From: Lama glama
Lineage: Eukaryota
Direction: 5' to 3'
Assembly (NCBI GenBank): GCA_028534125.1
Contig: CM052817.1
Coordinates: forward strand, 31,808,001 to 31,872,000
Length of the DNA stretch: 64,000 nt
The notes under the pieces were generated by a model. That model was not told where the DNA came from. It worked only from the letters and a program-made list of their open reading frames with translations, and did not search any database. This document shows, piece after piece, positions 56,987 to 64,000 of this stretch. A program made the position numbers and the translations under genes. How positions within the stretch are numbered: position 1 is the stretch's first letter; every line of letters begins with the position of its first letter.

Positions 56987-57440
56987 TGATATAGGCTGAA
57001 CTGTCCCAAAGTTCAGAGATTAAAGACCTAACCCCACATACTTCATAATGTGACCTTATATGAAAATAGGTCATTGCAGATATAATTAGTTAGGATGAGG
57101 TTATACTGGATTGGGGGTGGGAGCTACTCCAGCATGACTGGTATCCTTAAAAGGGGGGAGAAATTTTGGACAAAGACATGCACATGAAGAGAACACTATA
57201 TGAAGATGAAGGCAGAGATCAGGGTGATACTTCCATGAGGCAAGGAATGTCAGAGATTTTCACTAAACTTCCAGAAGCTAGGCAAGAGGCCCAGAACAGA
57301 TCTTCCTCACAGCACTCAGAAAATCAACCTGCCAACACCTTGGTCTCAGACATCTAGCTTCCATAACTGTGAGACAATAAATTTTTGTTGTTTAAGCCAC
57401 CTGCTTTGTGGTACTTTGTTAGGGCAACCCTAATGAACAA
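56987..57440 (+). mobile_element. MLT1 (MaLR) solo LTR
   Basis: tg..ataggctgaa; aatgtgaccttatatgaaaatagg; ccagaagctagg; actgtgagacaataaatttttgttgtttaagccac. Confidence 0.88.
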
Positions 57441-58149
57441 AGAGATCATAAAAGCAAATATGGCATAAAAGAAGAATTAGGCAACATATAAGAATGGAGC
57501 ACAGTCAAAGGTCTTCCTACAATCTGCTCCTTTTGATGAATTATCTTAAAAACATAATCTCAGATAGCTGGCAAGAACAGATTTTCAGACAAGGAGGAAG
57601 CACAAACAATCTGGGATGGATAAGCAGTAATTCAAATCATTTCTAGGAAAAGAAATTGAAGTACATGGTAATAGACTAAGCTGACATGGTTTTATAAATG
57701 ATCATTTTCTTTTCGGTAAAGTGAACCTATTCACATGGTTAAAAACTGAGGTAGGAGTGGGGATGGGGAACTATCTGACTCAGACTACTTACAAACTTAT
57801 AATTAATGACTTCTGTTTATATTCATTTAAAAAAACCCATCAAATATTTAATTATAAGCAAATATTCAAACCAGGTAAAAAAAATCATGCCAACTAATAT
57901 GATAGCTATCATCAATATTTTAACTTCTTAATTTTTCTTACAATTCTCTGTTCATCTTTTCTAAACATGGTCTAAAGATAGAACCTGAATACCACAGACC
58001 AATCCATATGAATACATAAATTATAAATAATTAATTCGATGTTTAAAAATGAAAGCAAAACAGTTAAATTTGACTCTCAATATGAAAATAAATTTCATTA
58101 TTAAATTTTTAAAATAGAATAAAAACTGGATAAAGTGAATGTTACCAAC

Positions 58150-61100
58150 TTGCATTTCTAGCCAGGATGGTGAAAAGGGGGGGCTAGTTAACCCTACGAT
58201 CTGAAACAACCAAAAAATGAACGAAATATATGAAGTGACATGCAAAACATTATACATCAGTCAACAAAAGAAAGTAACCCCTGAGGAATGGAAATTAAAT
58301 AAGGGAAGCCCTTTAAAGGTCACCAGCTTACTGCTGTGTGAGAGTTTTCAGGGAGCAAACAGAAGTATACCACTGTGCAAAGTTTTTACAAATAAGTGGT
58401 ATTATTTACTCAATAATATTACTTGAGGTAGACAACAATAAGTTAAAGATGTAGACCATGAACAATATAATGATAAAACAATGAGATATAGCTAATAAGC
58501 CAAAAAGGAGATGAAAGAATCACAAAATTATTCAATTAATTTCCCCCCCAAAATAAGCAGAAGAAAAAGGGAACAAAGAACAGATGCGGAAATAAAAAAT
58601 ATAATCAGAAGATGACAGATTTAAAATAACATTATTGAAAATCATATTAAGTGTATGTGGTCCCCAGTTAAAAGGCAGAGACTGTCAGACTGGATAAAAA
58701 AGCAAGACCCTGCCTACAAAAAAAATAGTACTTTAAATATAAAAACGCAAGTAGATTAAAAGTTAAAAAATGGAAAAAGATATACTATCCTTACACGATC
58801 AAAAGAAAGGAGGAGTGGCTAAATTAGTATCAGACAAAGTAGATTTCAGAGGAAAGAATATTAGCAGGGATAAGGAAGGTTATTTCAAGATGATAATGGT
58901 GTCAAATCAAGAGGATATAACAATCCTAAACAAATATGTGCCTCATGCTAGAGCTTAAACTTACACAAAGGAAAAACTGACAGAACTATAAAGACAAACA
59001 GACAAATCTTCAGTTAGTCAGAGATTTCAACACTCCTCTCTCAAAAATTGATAGAACAAGTAGATAGAAAATCAGCAAGGTTATCACAAAGTTGAAGAAC
59101 ACTATCAACCCATTTGCCCTAATTGATATTTATAGAACACTCTCTCCAACAGCAGTATACACAGTCTTTTAAGTGTACATGCAACAGTCATCAAAATAAA
59201 TAATATTCTAGCTCCCAAACCAAATGTCAATGCATCTAATCAGATTCAAGCAAATAAGTATGTTCTCTAACCACAAATTAAAAATGAATAATCTGAAGAT
59301 CTTTGGAGAAAAAGAAAACCCATGGATTTCAAAAAGGAGAGTAGAAAGTATTTTGAGCTTTATGAAAATGAAAACACAACATGTCAGAATTTGTAAGCTG
59401 TCACTGCAGAACTAGTTAGAGGAAAATATAAAGCATAAATGCTTATATTAGAAAAGAGGAAAGGTCTCAATGACCTCAGCTCCCACCTTAAGAAACTAGG
59501 TGGAAAAAAGAGCAAATTAAAACCAAAGTAAGTAGAAGAAAGAATAGTTAAAAATCCAAGCAGAAATCAATGAAATAGAAAATTGAAAAACAGAGAACAT
59601 CAATAAAGTAAAAAACTAGTTCTTCAAGAAGATCAACAGAATCAATAAACTTCTAGCCAGAAAGATCAGGAAAAAAGGAGAAAAGTCACAAACTACTAAT
59701 ATTTGGAATGAAGGAGGTCACCACAGATGCTACAGGTATTTGAAGAAAATAAGGGAATATTATGAACATCTTTACACCAGTAAGTTGGAAAATTCACACA
59801 AAATGGACAAACTCCTTAGAAAGACATGAAAGCTTACTCAAGAAGAAATAGCTGAGCAGCCCTATGTCTTTTGAAGAAAATCATCTGCAGTTAAAAAGCT
59901 TCCCACAAGGAAAATCCCAGGCCATAAGGCTTTACCGGTGAATTCTAGACAAAGCCAATCTTGCACAAACATTTCTGACATTGCCTTGTCACTAAAACCA
60001 AACAAAGGCATTACAGGAAAAGAAAACTACAGACCAATGGCCCCGTGAACATAGACAGATGCAAAAATCTGCAAAACAAAAAATCTTAGAAATAATATCT
60101 TAAAAAATCTTATCATGCTCAAGAGTTTAACCCCAGGAATGGAAGATTGACCCAATATTTGAAAAAGCAATGAATGTAATTCACCATATTAACAAAAAGC
60201 AAAAACGGTATGATTATTTCAGTAGATGGGGAAGAAAAAAGCATTTCACAAGATCCAAAATTCATTACTAAAAAAAAAACTCTTAACGAACTAGGAACAG
60301 AAATAAATTTCCTCATTACGATAAAAGGCCTCTATGAAAAACATACAGGTCACATCACACTTCTTGGTAAAAGACTGACAACTTCAGTCCTAAAATGTGA
60401 AAGGAGGCAAGTAAGTCTGCTCCCATCATTTCTATTTATCATTGTACTGAGAGTCCTAGCCAGTGCAATAAGGCAAAAATAAAATAAAACACACATAATG
60501 AAAAATATTTTGGAACACCTGGAAAATGAAACTTAAAAAAATGCCATTAATAAAATCCCAATCAAATCCCACCAGATTTTTAACTGGCTAGGTGATTCAA
60601 GAATTTACAGGGAAATGCAACAGACCTAGAAGAGTCAAAATTTTTTTGAAAAAAACATAAAGTGAGAAGATGTATACTAACTGCCTTTTAACTTATTACA
60701 GTTATTAAGACAGTGTACCAATGTTGTGGGAATATACACATGGATTATTGGAATAGAACAGAGTCAGGAATAGACCTACACAAATAGAGTTCATTGATTT
60801 TTAGACAAAGGAACCAATGTGCTTGGAAAGAGTTGTCTTGACGACAAATGGTCAAATGGTATACAGGAACAACTGGATGTCATATGCAAAAACAAAACTT
60901 CAATCCATACCTCATACCGTATTATGAAATTAACTCAAAATGGATCACATATCTAGAAGTAAACCCTAAAACTGAAATACAGAAAACCTTTGTTACCTTG
61001 GACTAGGCAAAGACTTCATAGATAGGATACTAAAAGCACAATTTATAAAAGAACAAATTGATAAATCAGACTTCATCAAAATTAAAAACATCTCTATTCC

Positions 61101-62077
61101 AAAGACATAATTAAGAAAATGAAAAGACAAATCATGGACTAGGAGAAAATATTCATAAAGTATATATCTGACAAAAAACTTGGACCCAGAATATACAGAA
61201 ATAAAAAATAAAAGTATATCTTTCAAAACTCAATCATAAAATGAATAATCCAATTTAAAAATGGGAAAAACAATTTTAACAGACATTTTGCCAAAGAAAA
61301 TATACAGACAGCAAATAAGGACAGGAAAAGATGCTCAAAATCATTAGTCATAAGGGAAATGAAAATTAAAAGAGATACATGGCACACCTGTCAGACTGGC
61401 TGAAAGTAAAAAGACCATCCAAATCCAGAGTTGGTGAGGATGTGGCAGGAGGTACTGCTGGTGGGAATGCAAAACGGTACAACCACTTTGGAACACTCGC
61501 AATTACTTTGAGAGTTAAAACATATACCTACCATTTGGTCCAGCTATTCCACTCCTAGACATTCACCCAAAGGAAATAAAAGCACATATCCATACACAGA
61601 CCTGTGCGTGAATGTTCATAGCAGCTTTATTTGTAACAGTCAAAAACCAGAGACAACCCAAATGTCTAAAACCAGGTAAACATATAACCAAACTGTGATA
61701 TATTCGTACAGTGAAATACTAGTCAATAATTACTACATTACTGATGTGTTCTGTAACATAGTTGGAACTCAAAATAATCATACAGACTGCAAGAAACTAG
61801 AAAACAGAGTCTGTACTTCAAGATTCCACTTGTAGAAAATTCTAGGAAACACAAAACTAACATAGAGGACTAGAAAGAAGATTAATGATTATCTGAGAAC
61901 AACGTGGGGTGAGTGGAAGGGGATTAAAAAGAAGCACGAGAAAACTTTTGGAGTGTGATAGTTATGTATGTTACCTTCATTGTGGTGAAGGTTTCACAGG
62001 CACATACATATGTCTAACTGTATACTTCAAGTATGTGTAGTTTATTTTATGTCAATTTTACCTCCATGAGTCTGTTT
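58150..62077 (+). mobile_element. long decayed L1 (5' remnant, ORF2 EN/RT remnants, L1M-type 3'UTR)
   Basis: ORF 58770..58958 (KKGGVAKLVSDKVDF...RDKEGYF...QEDITILNKYVP) is an endonuclease remnant; ORF 60210..60482 (MIISVD...LFIIVLRVLASAIRQ) is an RT remnant; many stops and frameshifts. Confidence 0.9.
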
Positions 62078-62461
62078 TAAAGTGAAAGAATATATATAAT
62101 ATATAAAAAATATATAATATATATAAAGAATATCATTATACAGCACAGTAGAATACTGAAAGTGAGTAGCATATGATATACCATAGGCAAAACTGAGTAG
62201 GGGGTGGTGGGGGAGACTCAGGCAATAAAAAAATCTAGCATGTCTAAGTATCCTAAAATCCCTGAATGTTATTTGTAGCCCTCTATGTTACTAGTAACTG
62301 CAAAATTATTTTTTGAGTAACACAATGAATTTACATCAAGAAAAGCTTCTATGAATCTGCCTCCCTAGAAGTTACTGCAATCATATTTACAGCAACGAAA
62401 TTTTCTAAACAATTTAGAATACATATTCTGACAGGTATGATGTACATCACAGCAACTACAG

Positions 62462-62521
62462 AGAAATGAACATTTAAAATCAAGAACATTAAAATCAAGA
62501 AATGAACATTTAAAATCAAGA
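62462..62521. repeat. short tandem repeat, 21-15-21 nt units
   Basis: agaaatgaacatttaaaatca / agaacattaaaatca / agaaatgaacatttaaaatca. Confidence 0.9.
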
Positions 62522-62900
62522 CAGTCCTGTAAACTCCAGGATATGCGTCACAGTACTTTTGAAATCTTCAGAGGCATTAAAGTGGCTGCCATTTTGCAAG
62601 CAGCAAACGCCATGAGTAAATGCAGAGTGTTAGACTGAGCTACTTGAGATAACCATTACTTTCAGGTTACAAATCCTCTCTGCCTTCCTAACAGCCTCTA
62701 CATCTTAAGGGCCTGGGCTTGTTCTTTTAATTAAAAGACTGATCCATGCTATTCTGCTATTTGCCTAATAACCATTTCCCCACACCTACATGACATTCAG
62801 AGTTCCACTTAACTGTCTATGACATGACCAGAAAGTAAGACTATTTCGTGTGTCAACTTCTTCAACAAAAAGTTACTTTTAAAGCATGACATAAAAATTA

Positions 62901-63050
<150 letters not shown>

Positions 63051-63270
63051 TTAAAGTAACTTTACTATCCCAATAATTTTGTAAACACTCTGCAATTTTT
63101 CCAGAAAGCTAGGTTCAAATCATGCTCAAATTTGAAAAGAAAGTTAATTCACACTTGTGACAATTTAAAACTTGGGATAAGGAATTAATAACTATGTCAT
63201 TCATTTATATTTACTTTGTGTCTTTAAAAAGTCATGAAATGCAGAAACAATCACTGTTAGGCTAAGTCTA

Positions 63271-63468
<198 letters not shown>

Positions 63469-64000
63469 TTAATGTATAGGGATACACAATTTGATGTGAA
63501 TTAAAAACACTCATTTCTCACATGATATTTAAGGTTGAAACCAAAAAGTATTTTATCTAAACATCACCTCCTTTCCCTGCCCTCATCAAAGTTACCAGAA
63601 AAATGTACAGAAGAAAACAGAATTATTTGTTATTCTAAATGTGCTGTTACATGTATTTGTCAAACCAGAAATTCCCTAAGGAGAAATAACAGAGTTTCTT
63701 CTTCCTATAATACCGTCAACACAGCACCATTACCATTTCATAGTTAATCATCATCATAAACATAAGATCTAATAGTCCACCCATAAAACATCCACATGTA
63801 AATCAGAGTATCTCTAATTTTTAAGGCTCCTTTTGATAAAGTTTGCAATTTGAGTTACATGGAGAGCAGACTGGAGACTGCACATTTGTTCAAAGAGATA
63901 AACCAATCAATTGTAGACTACTAATGATCACTTGAAATTAATATCTCCTTGTACTTAGAAAAACTGAAGACGAGTGAAAGGATGCTAGTCTCACAATATG

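Overview
Mammalian genomic DNA, AT-rich and intron-dominated, lying entirely inside one gene on the minus strand: FRYL (FRY-like / Furry homolog-like, an HEAT/ARM-repeat scaffold of the Furry/Tao3/Mor2 family that partners NDR kinases). I traced 38 consecutive coding exons by hand, from 63466 down to the left edge. They total 5600 coding nt (about 1866 codons), all introns are GT-AG, and every phase junction is consistent, so the gene looks intact. Neither the start nor the stop codon is in the window. Introns carry ordinary eutherian repeats: L1, L2, MIR, MER5/MER20/MER58 hAT elements, Tigger elements and MLT1 LTRs. A tRNA-Ala-derived SINE resembling Vic-1, with no Alu, B1, Bov-A or SINEC seen, suggests a camelid host (inference). 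I found no evidence of a new multi-gene system. The best leads are small: (i) a 278-nt polyadenylated insertion with a perfect 15-bp TSD whose body looks far older than its flanks; (ii) a tailless 5'-half tRNA-Arg retrocopy with TSD; (iii) a 45-nt frame-preserving exon surrounded by RBFOX/SRRM4-type motifs; (iv) an L1 3' end inserted about 20 nt from a splice acceptor; (v) two NAGNAG acceptors and two CTCF-like sites. Protein and repeat family assignments come from my recall of the families, not from database searches.
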